Sequence record: MZ681930.1 | Length of the DNA: 64,000 nucleotides | Origin: Enterobacteria phage phiC600P9 | Strand: one strand, 5' to 3' | Shown here: piece by piece, positions 51,020 to 61,576 of the stretch | Layout: each line of letters begins with the position of its first letter | How positions within the stretch are numbered: position 1 is the first letter of the stretch | Position numbers and translations under genes: made by a program | The notes under the pieces: generated by a model | Seen by the model: only the letters and a program-made list of their open reading frames with translations | Databases searched by the model: none | Told to the model about the DNA's origin: nothing

Positions 51020-54000
51020 ATGGCTACTTTAAAACAAATACAATTTAAAAGAAGCAAAACCGCAGGTGCACGTCCTGCTGCTTCAGTATTAGCCGAAGGT
51101 GAATTGGCTATAAACTTAAAAGATAGAACAATTTTTACTAAAGATGATTCAGGAAATATCATTGATTTAAGTATTTCCGCTGGCGGTAATATCAGTGGAA
51201 ATATCACTCAAACTGGTGATTATTTACAAAATGGAACATATAATCTTAATGGAAACCAGTTTGTTTATGCTGGTAAATATATTGAATTCCTGCCTAAAAC
51301 CGCGGGTAATGGTGCTTGGGCAAACCAACATAAAAATAAAGCTCCTATCTTTACCGATTTGAGTTCAACTACTTCTACTTCAGAATACCATCCGCTAATT
51401 AAACAACGCTATAAAGATGGAACTTTTTCTGTTGGTACGTTAGTAAATGAAGGAAGTTTTAAAATTCAATATATCAATGAATCTGGTGATTCGAAATATT
51501 GGACTTTTAATCGAAACGGTAGTTTTATTGTAGATAATGGCAATATTGAAGCTCGTGCTGGTAATATTTCGGCTTCAGGTAATATTAACTCGGCAACTGG
51601 ATTTGTTTCTGCTCCACAGATTAATACAAAAACCATAGTTTTTGATACAAAAGCATTCGGACAATACGATTCACAGTCATTAGTTCAATATGTTTATCCT
51701 GGAACCGGTGAAACAAACGGAATCAATTACCTTCGTAAAGTTCGAGCTAAATCAGGCGGAACCATTTACCATGAAATCGCTTCTGCGCAGACCGGAAAAA
51801 GTGATGAAATTTCTTGGTGGACTGGAAATACAGCCGTTAATAAACAAATGGGTCTTCGTAATGATGGGGCTTTAGTATTACGACGCTCACTCGCAATTGG
51901 TACAATTACAACAGATGAAAACATTAATAACTACGGCTCCGCTGGAGCAATGGGCGAATGTTATATAGTTATCGGTGATGCATCAACAGGTTTATCATAC
52001 AAAAAAACTGGAGTATATGATTTAGTTGCTAGCGGTCTTTCTTTAGCATCTATTACTCCTGATAGTTTCCGTAGTACTCGTAAAGGTATATTTGGCCGCT
52101 CAGAAGATCAAGGCGCAACTTGGATAATGCCTGGTACAAATGCTGCTCTCTTGTCTGTTCAAACACAAGCTGATAATAACAATGCTGGAGACGGACAAAC
52201 TCATATTGGATACAATGCTGGCGGTAAAATGAGTCATTATTTCCGCGGTAAAGGCAAAACTAATATTAATACTCAGGAAGGTGTAGACGTTAACCCTGGT
52301 ATATTGAAGTTAACCACCGGCGGTGAAAGTATTAGCTTTAATGCCGCAACTGGAAGTATTAATTCTACATTAGCTTTTCGTCTTAATAAAGGCATAATTA
52401 TTGATGGACCTGATAATCAGGGATTCCAGTTTAACGCCCCGACGGCTGCAGATGGTACTAGAAGTATATACTGGAATAGTGGTACTCTCGCAGGTCAAAA
52501 CAAAAACCCTGTTACAGTTAAAGTGTGGGGTAATTCATTTAACGCATCTGGTGATCGTAATCGTGAAACCGTTTTTGAAGTAGCTGATGGGCAAGGTTAT
52601 TATTTTTACGCTCAACGTACTAATCCTGCATCAGGTCAAACAGTAGGTCCGGTTAACTTTAAATTTAACGGAACTGTCGAAACAGGCCATATCGTAGGCC
52701 TTGGTAATATAAGTGCCTCCGGTACAGGTTCTTTTGGTGGTAATGTTACCATGTCTAATGGTTTGTTTGTCCAAGGTGGTTCTTCTATTACAGGCCAAGT
52801 AAAAATTGGTGGAACAGCTGATGCATTAAGAATTTGGAACGCTGAATACGGTGCAATTTTCCGTCGTTCTGAAGATAAGCTTTATATTATTCCAACTCCG
52901 CAGAATGCTGGTGAAACAGGTGGCATTTCTAATTTACGTCCGTTCTATATTACATTAAGTAATGGTAAAGTTTCTATGGATCATGACGTAGATATCGGCG
53001 GCGGTAGATTTAAAGTAGAAACTAGTGGAACAACATCAGGGCAACGTATTACAGTTAATACTGCCTCCGATGCTATTAGAATAAATGCTCCAACACAAGA
53101 ATCTTCTAACTTCATCCAAGGACGTAAAGCAGATGTTCCGAAATGGTATTTAGGTATTGGTGATGGCGGCAACGTCGTTCGTATGCACAGTTACACCTAC
53201 TCCCATGGTATTGCATTAAACTCTGATACGGTTGATATAGCTAAACCTCTTAGAATAGGTTCAGCCCAATTAGGTACTGATGGTAATATTACTGGTGGTT
53301 CTGGTAATTTTGCTAACTTGAATACCACAATAAATAACCTTAAGACGGATATTGTCTCGAGTTACCCAATTGGTGCTCCGATTCCTTGGCCTACTGATAC
53401 ACCTCCTGAAGGTTATGCCATAATGGAAGGTCAAACATTTGATGCTGGCTTGTATCCTAAGTTAGCTGCAGTGTATCCTTCCGGCACTCTGCCTGATATG
53501 CGTGGTCAAACTATCAAGGGTAAACCATCTGGGCGTGCTGTATTAAGTACAGAAGCAGACGGTGTTAAGTCACATAGCCATAGTGCAAGTGCATCAAACA
53601 CAGATTTGGGTACTAAGACCACTTCTAGTTTTGATTACGGTAGCAAAACGACTTCAAGCTTTGATTATGGTACTAAGACAAGTAGTACCACTGGCAACCA
53701 TAACCATACAGTGAGTGGTAATACTAGTTCCGCTGGTGCTCACCAACACGCGCGTTCAGGCCCTCAGATGCAAGGCGGCATACCCACTAGCATATTCTAT
53801 GATGGATACAATAGTGCGGGTCCAAACGGCAACGCTAAAATCACTGGAACCGTGAGCGGTGCTACTGCATCGTCGAATATGGCCAAAACTTCTTCAGACG
53901 GTGCCCACACCCATAGTTGGTCAGGAACTACTAGCGCTACTGGTAACCATGCTCATACTGTGGGTATTGGTGCTCATACACACACTGTAGGCATTGGTGC

Positions 54001-54118
54001 TCATTCTCATACTGTTGCAATTGGTTCCCATGGACATACAATAACTGTAAATGCCACAGGAAATACAGAAAACACAGTTAAAAACGTTGCTTTTAACTAT
54101 ATCGTTCGTTTAGCATAA
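51020..54118 (+). CDS. 37: Long tail fibre distal subunit / receptor-binding protein gp37
   Basis: 1032 aa ORF; C-terminal His-box array ([51 protein letters not shown]). Confidence 0.95.
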   Translation: MATLKQIQFKRSKTAGARPAASVLAEGELAINLKDRTIFTKDDSGNIIDLSISAGGNISGNITQTGDYLQNGTYNLNGNQFVYAGKYIEFLPKTAGNGAWANQHKNKAPIFTDLSSTTSTSEYHPLIKQRYKDGTFSVGTLVNEGSFKIQYINESGDSKYWTFNRNGSFIVDNGNIEARAGNISASGNINSATGFVSAPQINTKTIVFDTKAFGQYDSQSLVQYVYPGTGETNGINYLRKVRAKSGGTIYHEIASAQTGKSDEISWWTGNTAVNKQMGLRNDGALVLRRSLAIGTITTDENINNYGSAGAMGECYIVIGDASTGLSYKKTGVYDLVASGLSLASITPDSFRSTRKGIFGRSEDQGATWIMPGTNAALLSVQTQADNNNAGDGQTHIGYNAGGKMSHYFRGKGKTNINTQEGVDVNPGILKLTTGGESISFNAATGSINSTLAFRLNKGIIIDGPDNQGFQFNAPTAADGTRSIYWNSGTLAGQNKNPVTVKVWGNSFNASGDRNRETVFEVADGQGYYFYAQRTNPASGQTVGPVNFKFNGTVETGHIVGLGNISASGTGSFGGNVTMSNGLFVQGGSSITGQVKIGGTADALRIWNAEYGAIFRRSEDKLYIIPTPQNAGETGGISNLRPFYITLSNGKVSMDHDVDIGGGRFKVETSGTTSGQRITVNTASDAIRINAPTQESSNFIQGRKADVPKWYLGIGDGGNVVRMHSYTYSHGIALNSDTVDIAKPLRIGSAQLGTDGNITGGSGNFANLNTTINNLKTDIVSSYPIGAPIPWPTDTPPEGYAIMEGQTFDAGLYPKLAAVYPSGTLPDMRGQTIKGKPSGRAVLSTEADGVKSHSHSASASNTDLGTKTTSSFDYGSKTTSSFDYGTKTSSTTGNHNHTVSGNTSSAGAHQHARSGPQMQGGIPTSIFYDGYNSAGPNGNAKITGTVSGATASSNMAKTSSDGAHTHSWSGTTSATGNHAHTVGIGAHTHTVGIGAHSHTVAIGSHGHTITVNATGNTENTVKNVAFNYIVRLA

Positions 54119-54123
54119 GGAGA

Positions 54124-54145
54124 AGGGACTTCTGTCCCTTTTTAT
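54124..54145 (+). terminator. Hairpin after gene 37
   Basis: AGGGAC-ttct-GTCCCT followed by TTTTT. Confidence 0.6.
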
Positions 54146-54148
54146 AAT

Positions 54149-54700
54149 ATGAAACTCTATCACTATTATTTTGACACTAAAGAATTTTACAAAGAAGAAA
54201 ATTATAAACCATTAAAAGGCGTAGGATTTCCGGCTCATTCGACACCAAAAAAACCTTTAGACCCTAAAGAAGGCTATGCTGTTGTATTTGATGAACGCGA
54301 ACAAGAATGGGTATATGTTGAAGACCATCGTGGAAAAACAGTATGGACTTATGATAAGCAAAAAATTGTTATTGACACTCCAGGTGCTCTTCAAAATGTT
54401 ACTACAGAAGAACCTGGTGAATTTGACGTTTGGACCGGCGACGGGTGGAAGGAAGATGAAGCATATAAACGCGTAGTTCAACGTGATAAGAAAATTCATG
54501 AACTCTATAAATTATTCAGTGTTTTAAGTTCTCTTATTGACGCAGAGGTTGCTAATAGAGAAGAAAAACGAAAATTTAAAGAGCTCAAAAAATTCTTTGC
54601 CCTTTTAGAAAAACACGAACATCTTGGCGGTGAATTCCCTAAATTCCCTGACCTTGAAAACAAATCTATTGTCAAAGCGATTATAAATATCTTTAAGTAA
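54149..54700 (+). CDS. 38: Tail fibre assembly chaperone gp38 (T4-type)
   Basis: 183 aa ORF, T4 gp38 size, directly after gene 37. Confidence 0.88.
   Translation: MKLYHYYFDTKEFYKEENYKPLKGVGFPAHSTPKKPLDPKEGYAVVFDEREQEWVYVEDHRGKTVWTYDKQKIVIDTPGALQNVTTEEPGEFDVWTGDGWKEDEAYKRVVQRDKKIHELYKLFSVLSSLIDAEVANREEKRKFKELKKFFALLEKHEHLGGEFPKFPDLENKSIVKAIINIFK
54682..54689 (+). promoter_or_regulatory. Late promoter TATAAATA for holin gene t
   Basis: Exact TATAAATA inside the 3' end of gene 38, about 20 nt upstream of the t ATG. Confidence 0.7.
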
Positions 54701-54709
54701 GGAGGTATT

Positions 54710-55369
54710 ATGGCAACACCAAAAGTATCATTTTCACTTAGTGATATTCTATTTGGGTTGCTAGATCGTATTTTCAAAGATAACGCTACTGGAAAGGTTT
54801 TAATGTCCCGAGTAGCGGTAATTATTCTTTTGTTCCTAATGGCACTAATATGGTACAAAGGAAGTATTTTGCTGGATTATTATGTAAGAGCTAAGTATGA
54901 TACTTATACTGAAATAATCCAAAAAGAACGAGCTTTACGTTTTGAATCTGCGGCTCTAGAACAACTGCAAATAGTTCATATCTCATCTGGTGCAGATTTT
55001 AGTGCTGTGTATTCTTTCAGACCTAAAAACTTAAATTATTTCGTCGACCTTATAGCTTATGAAGGCAAACTACCTAGCACAATTTCTGAAAAGTCCCTTG
55101 GCGGATTCCCGGTGGATAAAACGGCTAATGAATATATGGTTCATTTAAGTGGCCGTCATTTCTCATCTAAATCAGAATTTGCATTTTTGCCTACAAAATC
55201 TAAGACTGCCGAACTTTCTTATATGTATAGTTGTCCATACTTTAATTTGGATAACATCTATGCTGGAACTGTGACGATGTATTGGTATAAGGGGAGTAAT
55301 ATACTTGAGGAAGATCGCTTAGCGGCTATATGCAACCAAGCGATCCGAATACTAGGAAGGGCTAAATAA
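54710..55369 (+). CDS. t: Holin T
   Basis: 219 aa ORF; N-terminal transmembrane segment then large periplasmic domain; T4 T size. Confidence 0.92.
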   Translation: MATPKVSFSLSDILFGLLDRIFKDNATGKVLMSRVAVIILLFLMALIWYKGSILLDYYVRAKYDTYTEIIQKERALRFESAALEQLQIVHISSGADFSAVYSFRPKNLNYFVDLIAYEGKLPSTISEKSLGGFPVDKTANEYMVHLSGRHFSSKSEFAFLPTKSKTAELSYMYSCPYFNLDNIYAGTVTMYWYKGSNILEEDRLAAICNQAIRILGRAK

Positions 55370-55642
55370 TTAGTTGTTAGAATACATCGCTAAATGACGA
55401 TAAATATTTTCAAAACCTTCATTGAATTCACTAATCAGTGTTTTCTTTTCTTCGGCAGTTAAATTTGTAATTAGTTTTCTGAACGAATTCTGATTTAGCT
55501 GCCGACCATCTTTTTTAATTCCAATCTCATTCAAGAATCCGATGAAACTTGCTCGGTCTTCAACAATATCTTCCCTAGAGAATTTAATCAAAATAGAAGC
55601 AATAGTAATAATTTCACGTACGATTTCAATGTCTTTATTCAT
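55370..55642 (-). CDS. asiA: Anti-sigma70 factor AsiA
   Basis: 90 aa ORF; matches T4 AsiA as recalled (REIIT.ASILIKFSREDIVE...LNEIG). Confidence 0.93.
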   Translation of the reverse strand: MNKDIEIVREIITIASILIKFSREDIVEDRASFIGFLNEIGIKKDGRQLNQNSFRKLITNLTAEEKKTLISEFNEGFENIYRHLAMYSNN

Positions 55643-55688
55643 AACGTTTTATTCATTCCATTTAGTTGATATGGATATAGTACCAATA

Positions 55689-55904
55689 TTAGTGTTGATT
55701 GTAAACGGCCTTTTCTACGCTTTTAACGTAATTGGTATAGTCTTCCTGTTCATACGAGTGTAAGGCCAAGAACGGAACTAATAGTTCATTATAGACTAAA
55801 GCCTCACGCTCACGTTCGGCCTCTACTACGTTCTGAAGATTATGACTCATATCGTTCCTTATAACTATCAATGTAGTCCTGTATGTCGAAGAATGACATT
55901 TCAT
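55689..55904 (-). CDS. Hypothetical small protein
   Basis: 71 aa ORF overlapping the next ORF; the true start may be the internal Met. Confidence 0.4.
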   Translation of the reverse strand: MKCHSSTYRTTLIVIRNDMSHNLQNVVEAEREREALVYNELLVPFLALHSYEQEDYTNYVKSVEKAVYNQH

Positions 55905-56139
55905 ATTCTAGGGCATTAAGAGCCCGTTCTTCAGTATAGTCAGAACCAAAGACGATAGTGATTTCACCAGGCTTCATGTGATTGAAATCAACACTAAAAG
56001 GAATACGAGAACATACTTCGTCTGCCATATCTGCAACAACACTACGATATACTTCTCGGTTAACCTGATAAAGCTCTGCAAGTTCTTCGCATCGAATAAC
56101 AAGTTCAGTGGCAGGATTTTCTTTGATTTTAGTAAGCAT
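55840..56139 (-). CDS. Acidic small protein, possibly Arn-like anti-restriction DNA mimic
   Basis: 99 aa ORF, net strongly acidic; position between asiA and motA where T4 carries arn. Confidence 0.45.
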   Translation of the reverse strand: MLTKIKENPATELVIRCEELAELYQVNREVYRSVVADMADEVCSRIPFSVDFNHMKPGEITIVFGSDYTEERALNALEYEMSFFDIQDYIDSYKERYES

Positions 56140-56213
56140 AGTCTTTACCCTTATGTTTTTGTTTACGTTTAGATTGAAGTTCTGATTTCTTCTTGTCCTT
56201 ATGAACAGAAGCC

Positions 56214-56441
56214 TTATTGAAATCGTGTTTTGCTACAAGATTGTTCATAATGATTTATAACCTCATTTAAACATTTATCGGTAAAAGAAAACTTTTTAGC
56301 CACAGAACATTCGATAATGTGCTCTTTCAAATCTTTAGAGTCAGTATATCCCATCTCAGTAATAAAGTGGCGAATTAAAGCTTTATTCTTATCATTAACA
56401 GAATTAAAATAATCTACTTTAGAATCAATTATTCTCATCAT
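56214..56441 (-). CDS. Hypothetical protein
   Basis: 75 aa ORF. Confidence 0.5.
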   Translation of the reverse strand: MMRIIDSKVDYFNSVNDKNKALIRHFITEMGYTDSKDLKEHIIECSVAKKFSFTDKCLNEVINHYEQSCSKTRFQ

Positions 56442-56706
56442 CTAATTTCCTTAATTGATATTGCAACGAGCTAATAATTTCTTCGTTCATTTTAATATAC
56501 ATGTCACGCAAGAAAGATTTTAACCCGTCACGAATAATTGCTAACGTATCACCTTTACATAAATTGACCAAATAAGGGTGGTCTAAAGCGTCCCAACCAG
56601 GCTGATTAGCATACATACCATAGTTTTCTTCCATCATATGATTAAGACGTTTGATATCTTGGATACGTGATTCAATAGCATCTTTCTGGAGTTGTTTAAT
56701 ATTCAT
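56425..56706 (-). CDS. Hypothetical protein
   Basis: 93 aa ORF. Confidence 0.55.
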   Translation of the reverse strand: MNIKQLQKDAIESRIQDIKRLNHMMEENYGMYANQPGWDALDHPYLVNLCKGDTLAIIRDGLKSFLRDMYIKMNEEIISSLQYQLRKLDDENN

Positions 56707-57167
56707 TAATAAAGGTCCTCAGAGTAAAGTTCTTTTTCACTACCACCACGTTCAATACGTACTTGTCCAGCGTAAGTTGCAATAATCATTGCTTCTTCAC
56801 GTGTCCAATAATTACTATATTGGTCAATAAACCCTTGGTCATCATCACAAACTTGTTGAGTAACTAATTGTGGTTTAACTACATCTAAAACTGCTGCCAT
56901 ATCTTTAGAATAATGACGAGCACCTGGAATAACAAGAGTTCGTCCATCTTTTAATTTAAAACGGTTGGCTGCACAAACAATTCGTCGTTGATACTTTTGG
57001 TTTTCATCCCAGTATGCAGACTGCCAACAGATTTCAGGAACTTCTTTTAGAATATCTTCTTCTGTGCATTTATAACCATGCGCTTTAAATTTTTCAACAA
57101 GACTTTCTGGAGTTTCACGAGATAAAGGAACATTCAGCATTTTTAAACGATTAATAAATGGGTTCAT
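56706..57167 (-). CDS. Hypothetical protein
   Basis: 153 aa ORF. Confidence 0.6.
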   Translation of the reverse strand: MNPFINRLKMLNVPLSRETPESLVEKFKAHGYKCTEEDILKEVPEICWQSAYWDENQKYQRRIVCAANRFKLKDGRTLVIPGARHYSKDMAAVLDVVKPQLVTQQVCDDDQGFIDQYSNYWTREEAMIIATYAGQVRIERGGSEKELYSEDLY

Positions 57168-57493
57168 TTAAACCATCCTTTAATACGTTGCCACAAAGTT
57201 TTCTGTTGAGCTTTGTTAACACCAATTGAGCGAATAACCGGTTGAGATTCCTGGAATTCTTTATAATCAGCAAGGTAAATTTCGTAAGCTGAATCTGTAA
57301 AGGAACTTATCGCTGCCATGAAATTATTGCGAATACCTACTGGAGCATCTTTACTTTCACGAATAATCATGTATTTACCAGTCTTAATCTTTACGATAGT
57401 TCCAAGATAAGCTCCATGGTACCAGATGTCCCACCCCTCTTGAGTGGGTTCTGCACAACGACGAAGTTCATTAACAATTTCTAACTTGTTCAT
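57164..57493 (-). CDS. Hypothetical protein (motA.1 position)
   Basis: 109 aa ORF. Confidence 0.6.
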   Translation of the reverse strand: MNKLEIVNELRRCAEPTQEGWDIWYHGAYLGTIVKIKTGKYMIIRESKDAPVGIRNNFMAAISSFTDSAYEIYLADYKEFQESQPVIRSIGVNKAQQKTLWQRIKGWFK

Positions 57494-57503
57494 TATTTAT
57501 TCC

Positions 57504-58139
57504 TCACAGTTCAGATGCTACAGTAATTACAGCTTCAATGTTTTCTGCTGAGCGTTTAATGTCAAGATACACATTACCATTTTTAGCGATTTTACATGAC
57601 ATTCCGATATCAGTAAATTTCTGAATATGATGTTCCATCATTTTGTATCCAAAAATTCGCATATTTCCATTGTTGTTAATTTCAAAATTACGAATTCCGT
57701 GAGTGCGTTTTTCTAAAATAGCGAGATAGTTACTACGATAAGTTTCAACCTTTTTAAGAACAAATCCATTTTCATCTAAAAGTTTTAACATGAAGTCTTT
57801 ATCTTCTTCCATATCAGAAGTAATCTCGCGAGCTTTACGAGTTGCTCGTTTTTTCAGCAGTTCCGGAGCGTTTTCCTGTGCGTATAAAGTTGCTGCATTT
57901 GAAATAATATCCTGAGCTTCACCAGTAATGATTAATCCATCACCAGATTTCTCCACCAGGCCTTTTTTAATCAATACCCCAATATTACTATTAACTACTG
58001 CATTACCTAAATCTGGATGCACCTCACGAACTTCTGCAGCTGTAATGAAATCTTTCTTAGCAATGGTAATTAAAATCGCAGCAGTTTTTTCATTCAGAAC
58101 ATCGTTAGAAGCTTTGATGATGTAAGTTACTTTAGACAT
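57504..58139 (-). CDS. motA: Middle transcription activator MotA
   Basis: 211 aa ORF, T4 MotA length and sequence character. Confidence 0.92.
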   Translation of the reverse strand: MSKVTYIIKASNDVLNEKTAAILITIAKKDFITAAEVREVHPDLGNAVVNSNIGVLIKKGLVEKSGDGLIITGEAQDIISNAATLYAQENAPELLKKRATRKAREITSDMEEDKDFMLKLLDENGFVLKKVETYRSNYLAILEKRTHGIRNFEINNNGNMRIFGYKMMEHHIQKFTDIGMSCKIAKNGNVYLDIKRSAENIEAVITVASEL

Positions 58140-58161
58140 TTTCTAATCTCCGTAATTCTGT

Positions 58162-58200
58162 ATCAGTAGTTGATAGTTGTATAGTACCACAGAATGCTTT
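58162..58200 (-). promoter_or_regulatory. Extended -10 early promoter for motA with ATTCTGT/ACAGAAT inverted repeat
   Basis: Minus strand AAAGCATTCTGTGGTACTATACAACTATCAACTACTGATACAGAAT; same 21-nt core as the element inside gene 32. Confidence 0.65.
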
Positions 58201-58201
58201 G

Positions 58202-58219
58202 GAGAGCCGAGGCTCTCCC
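58202..58219 (-). terminator. GGAGAGCC-UCGG-GCUCUCC hairpin
   Basis: Perfect 7-bp GC-rich stem between the small membrane ORF and the motA promoter. Confidence 0.55.
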
Positions 58220-58224
58220 TAAAA

Positions 58225-58374
58225 TTACTGCATGACTGTGATAACTGTCATGATAACGCGTTGAATGCCGAACGCAAGAAGACCTCCTGCTACGGCTGGA
58301 ACAACACCTAAACCCGCTAGTAAAATGCCGCCAGATACTAACGCCGCGCTTGTAATACCAATGAATGGACTCAT
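58225..58374 (-). CDS. Small hydrophobic membrane protein, translationally coupled to gene 52
   Basis: 49 aa ORF below the track cutoff: MSPFIGITSAALVSGGILLAGLGVVPAVAGGLLAFGIQRVIMTVITVMQ; ATGA overlap with the gene 52 stop. Confidence 0.6.
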   Translation of the reverse strand: MSPFIGITSAALVSGGILLAGLGVVPAVAGGLLAFGIQRVIMTVITVMQ

Positions 58375-59699
58375 TTGATTTCCTCTAAATCTTTGGTGTA
58401 TTCGGTAACTACATCAGTAGTTTTCCAATATTCGTTTTCTTCTTTCTTAGCTTTAGCTTCTTCAGCAAGTTTCTTTGCTTCATCAGAAGTCATATGAAAA
58501 ATATTCATACCGACTAGTTTATCAACATAAGAAGAATACATCTCAATTTTAGAAAGTTCTTCGGTCAGTTCTTTACGAGTTTTACCCTGTACAACAATTT
58601 CACCTGAAATTACTTTCTTAATGAAATGTGCCTTGGCAAAGGCTAAACGAAAAGCTGACTCAGTTTCTTTGATTTTGTTATCAATTCGTTTTTGGACATA
58701 AGTTTTACGAACTTCAACGAAGTCTTTGATTAAATCAACTACGTTATCGTAAACTTGTAGCTTTCCTTTCTCATTAATAACGGTAATATTCTGGGAACGA
58801 CGCTCAATCAACCCGAAGTCTTTCATAATTTTTGCATGGCGTTCTTCTTCATTATCGCTCAAAGAATATTCTTTACGGAATTTAACTTTAAAGCCAAAAC
58901 CATGCTCACCACAAGCATCATCCCATGTAATGAAGCCTTTATCTTCAAGTGGGTCTAAGATTTTACTCACATAAGTTTCACGATCATACTTATACGGAAT
59001 CTCAGTGATATGCATTTGAGTTCGTGAAGTAAACTTATATGTTCCACGAATTTCATATTGTCCATCAATTTCAACGACTTCACCACGAAATTCTGGGAAT
59101 TCTACCTTCGGTTTAGTTACTTTCTTTCCTTGAAGAGCTTGCAATACAGCTTTCTTGACAGAAGAAACACTATGAGGAAGAATGTAAGTTGCATAACCAG
59201 TTGCAATACCGGAAACACCATTAAGAAGAACAGTAGGAATAACAGGCAAATAGAAAGCAGGCGGAATGTGTTCTTTATCTTGATGTACCGGAGCATATTC
59301 AGTATCTTTATATACGTTATAGAAATTTTTACTTACACGAGCAAAAATATAACGACTTGCTGCTGCTTTTTGGACAGTACGAGAACCAAAGTTTCCTTGA
59401 CCATCTAACAGAGGAAAGTTATTATTCCAAGTGTTAGCCATCAAAGCACCTGCGTCTTGCGCAGAGTTTTCACCATGATGATATCCAAGGTCCGCTACAC
59501 CACCTGCAATAGAAGCGAGTTTGTGAAACTTATCTTTATTTCCTCGTGCCAAATCAAGAGCTCGAGCAATAACAAATCGTTGAACTGGCTTAAATCCATC
59601 AATCATATTTGGAATAGCACGATTTTCAACCGTGTACATAGCATAAGCCAATGCTTCATTATCAATGATACTTTTTAAATCGCGATTATTCAGTTGCAT
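58371..59699 (-). CDS. 52: DNA topoisomerase II medium subunit gp52
   Basis: 442 aa ORF, GyrA-like N-terminal domain, synteny. Confidence 0.92.
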   Translation of the reverse strand: MQLNNRDLKSIIDNEALAYAMYTVENRAIPNMIDGFKPVQRFVIARALDLARGNKDKFHKLASIAGGVADLGYHHGENSAQDAGALMANTWNNNFPLLDGQGNFGSRTVQKAAASRYIFARVSKNFYNVYKDTEYAPVHQDKEHIPPAFYLPVIPTVLLNGVSGIATGYATYILPHSVSSVKKAVLQALQGKKVTKPKVEFPEFRGEVVEIDGQYEIRGTYKFTSRTQMHITEIPYKYDRETYVSKILDPLEDKGFITWDDACGEHGFGFKVKFRKEYSLSDNEEERHAKIMKDFGLIERRSQNITVINEKGKLQVYDNVVDLIKDFVEVRKTYVQKRIDNKIKETESAFRLAFAKAHFIKKVISGEIVVQGKTRKELTEELSKIEMYSSYVDKLVGMNIFHMTSDEAKKLAEEAKAKKEENEYWKTTDVVTEYTKDLEEIK

Positions 59700-59836
59700 A
59701 AATTTACCATACTAGTGAATGTAGTGCCATAATAACATCAGAAATGAAAAGCACGACTTGAATTAATCCGAACATTATTCCGTAATATAATGCTACCAAT
59801 AAAGTAGCAAGGGCTAATGAATAGCCCAAGATTTTC

Positions 59837-59995
59837 TTAATCATTAGTAGATAACAACACAAATGTTAAATATGCACACATACCCTGAGCTAAAGCTTGC
59901 GAAAACACACTGCTGGCATCAATACAGATAGTTAAAACACATGCTACTATCCAACAAATAAATGAAATAACTCCTAATAATTTTGCGATATTCAT
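59837..59995 (-). CDS. ac: Small membrane protein Ac (acridine sensitivity)
   Basis: ORF track 59837..60025; start MNIAKLLG at 59995 with SD GAGGAG gives 52 aa with one transmembrane helix. Confidence 0.65.
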   Translation of the reverse strand: MNIAKLLGVISFICWIVACVLTICIDASSVFSQALAQGMCAYLTFVLLSTND

Positions 59996-60005
59996 AATAT
60001 TCTCC

Positions 60006-60161
60006 TCAACTATTTTTAGAACCAATGTACGCGAATAATGATAAAATCGCTAATACGCCCTGAGCTGATGCTTGCAAAAATACTGAAGTTTCTCCAGTTA
60101 TTACTGTTCCGATACATAAAAAGAACCAACAGAAAAAGGCTATACCGTGAACAAATTTCAT
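60006..60161 (-). CDS. Ac paralogue, small membrane protein
   Basis: 51 aa ORF below the track cutoff: MKFVHGIAFFCWFFLCIGTVITGETSVFLQASAQGV...; shares the SVF.QA.AQG block with Ac; SD GAGGAAA. Confidence 0.6.
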   Translation of the reverse strand: MKFVHGIAFFCWFFLCIGTVITGETSVFLQASAQGVLAILSLFAYIGSKNS

Positions 60162-60168
60162 ATTTTCC

Positions 60169-60249
60169 TCACTGGCGTCCGAAGACGCCTTTGGTTTTAA
60201 GATTGTTACGATAGAACTGCATCACGTGTTCGTTGTGGAAATTACTCAT
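60169..60249 (-). CDS. stp: Stp peptide (suppressor of three-prime phosphatase)
   Basis: 26 aa [29 protein letters not shown], matching T4 Stp as recalled; start overlaps the ndd stop (TAATG). Confidence 0.85.
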
Positions 60250-60707
60250 TAATATGCCTGCAAAACAAATTTAAAGTTATCAGCCAACATACGATTCATT
60301 TCTTCAAGCGTTTGATACTCAGAATGATGGTTACGAGTAAACGCCAAAGCTAACTGACCTTTTCCAAATCCTGTCGTCAGAGGTTTCATCTTAGAAGCAG
60401 GCAGATAAAACACTGTGTATGGAACATTGTTATTTGCAATAGTACGCGCAAGTTGAGACCGACGTTGACGAATATGACTTAGAACTGCACTGAATCCTTG
60501 CTTAGAACGCTGATTACCTACATAAAATCGTGCAGACACACATGGATTACTAAATGGACGACCATCTAATTTACTTACTAAAAAGTAAAATCCAGGTTTA
60601 GATAAAATATCTTTATGCGGAGTTCCTAAAAACCATTCACCACCCTTGATTGTACCAATAACAGTTGCGCCTGCATTATTCAGATCAGTAACAGTCATAT
60701 ATTTCAT
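60249..60707 (-). CDS. ndd: Nucleoid disruption protein Ndd
   Basis: 152 aa ORF, T4 Ndd length and position. Confidence 0.88.
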
Positions 60708-60766
60708 TTTAATTTCCTCTAATTATTTTCTACTCCAAGGCCGCATGAATACATACGGCCGATAAA

Positions 60767-60982
60767 TTAATCGTCGCAGTCGACGCTCAATTCCCAAAAC
60801 TCTTCTACGGTATAAGTTTCAGTATCATTTTCAATACAGAAACGTTCATTACTGTTATTTGCTAAAGTAGCGTTAACTGTCATTTTCTCGCTAGTGCTTT
60901 TAAGAGGTGAAATACGAATTAACTGATCACCATTATCTAAACAGAAAATTTCACCAACTTTTACATCTTTAAAGATTTTCAT
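60767..60982 (-). CDS. Hypothetical protein
   Basis: 71 aa ORF. Confidence 0.55.
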   Translation of the reverse strand: MKIFKDVKVGEIFCLDNGDQLIRISPLKSTSEKMTVNATLANNSNERFCIENDTETYTVEEFWELSVDCDD

Positions 60983-61097
60983 AATTCACCTCAAGGAGTA
61001 TAAAATCCAAATGCAGTTGTTGACCATCCCATCCAATATGGGAAATTTGCACCAATGTAAAACATAAGAATATAAAACCAACCACTCAGCAAATTCA

Positions 61098-61316
61098 TCA
61101 TTTTACGCCATTCCAAATTGTTTCAACCACAGATTTCAAACCATTTTGGTGAATATCCATTCCGACAACTGCCATCAAATAGATTCCAACTACAACTGAA
61201 CCTAAGGCGAAAATCAGCATGAAAATGAATAAAGCTGGAAAAATATTATCGAAAAACCATTCCATAAATGTAAAAGCACTACGTTTACGCTTCATATTTT
61301 CCTCACATAAATCCAA
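61098..61316 (-). CDS. Small membrane protein
   Basis: 72 aa ORF with a long hydrophobic segment. Confidence 0.55.
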   Translation of the reverse strand: MDLCEENMKRKRSAFTFMEWFFDNIFPALFIFMLIFALGSVVVGIYLMAVVGMDIHQNGLKSVVETIWNGVK

Positions 61317-61415
61317 AGTAAGCGTTTAATACATCAATCATTAAAACGATTGGGAATATACTCAAAACTACTAGTATTATAACTACATTCCATATAGCTT
61401 TAACAATCTTTTTCA
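61303..61415 (-). CDS. Small hydrophobic peptide
   Basis: 37 aa (MKKIVKAIWNVVIILVVLSIFPIVLMIDVLNAYFGFM) with SD GGAGGA and an early promoter directly upstream; the 82-aa track ORF is a longer frame extension. Confidence 0.55.
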
Positions 61416-61419
61416 TTTT

Positions 61420-61475
61420 CTGTTCCTCCGTAGTTGATAGGGTAATAATACCACAGAGGAACAGTCTTGTAAACA
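61420..61475 (-). promoter_or_regulatory. Early promoter with 9-bp inverted repeat covering the SD
   Basis: Minus strand GTTTACAAGA-CTGTTCCTC-tgtggtattattaccctatcaactacg-GAGGAACAG-aaaATG. Confidence 0.7.
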
Positions 61476-61576
61476 ACTTTTTTAAAAATATTCGTAATAA
61501 ATGTGAATACCAACTACTACCGCTGAAACCTGTGCAACCCACCACGCACAAGCAATAAGTACAGAATTAAAAATTT

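Noticed and set aside
61303-61551. 82-aa version of the small hydrophobic ORF
   Set aside because: An early promoter and strong SD sit inside the long frame just before the internal ATG at 61415, so the 37-aa product is the more likely translated unit.
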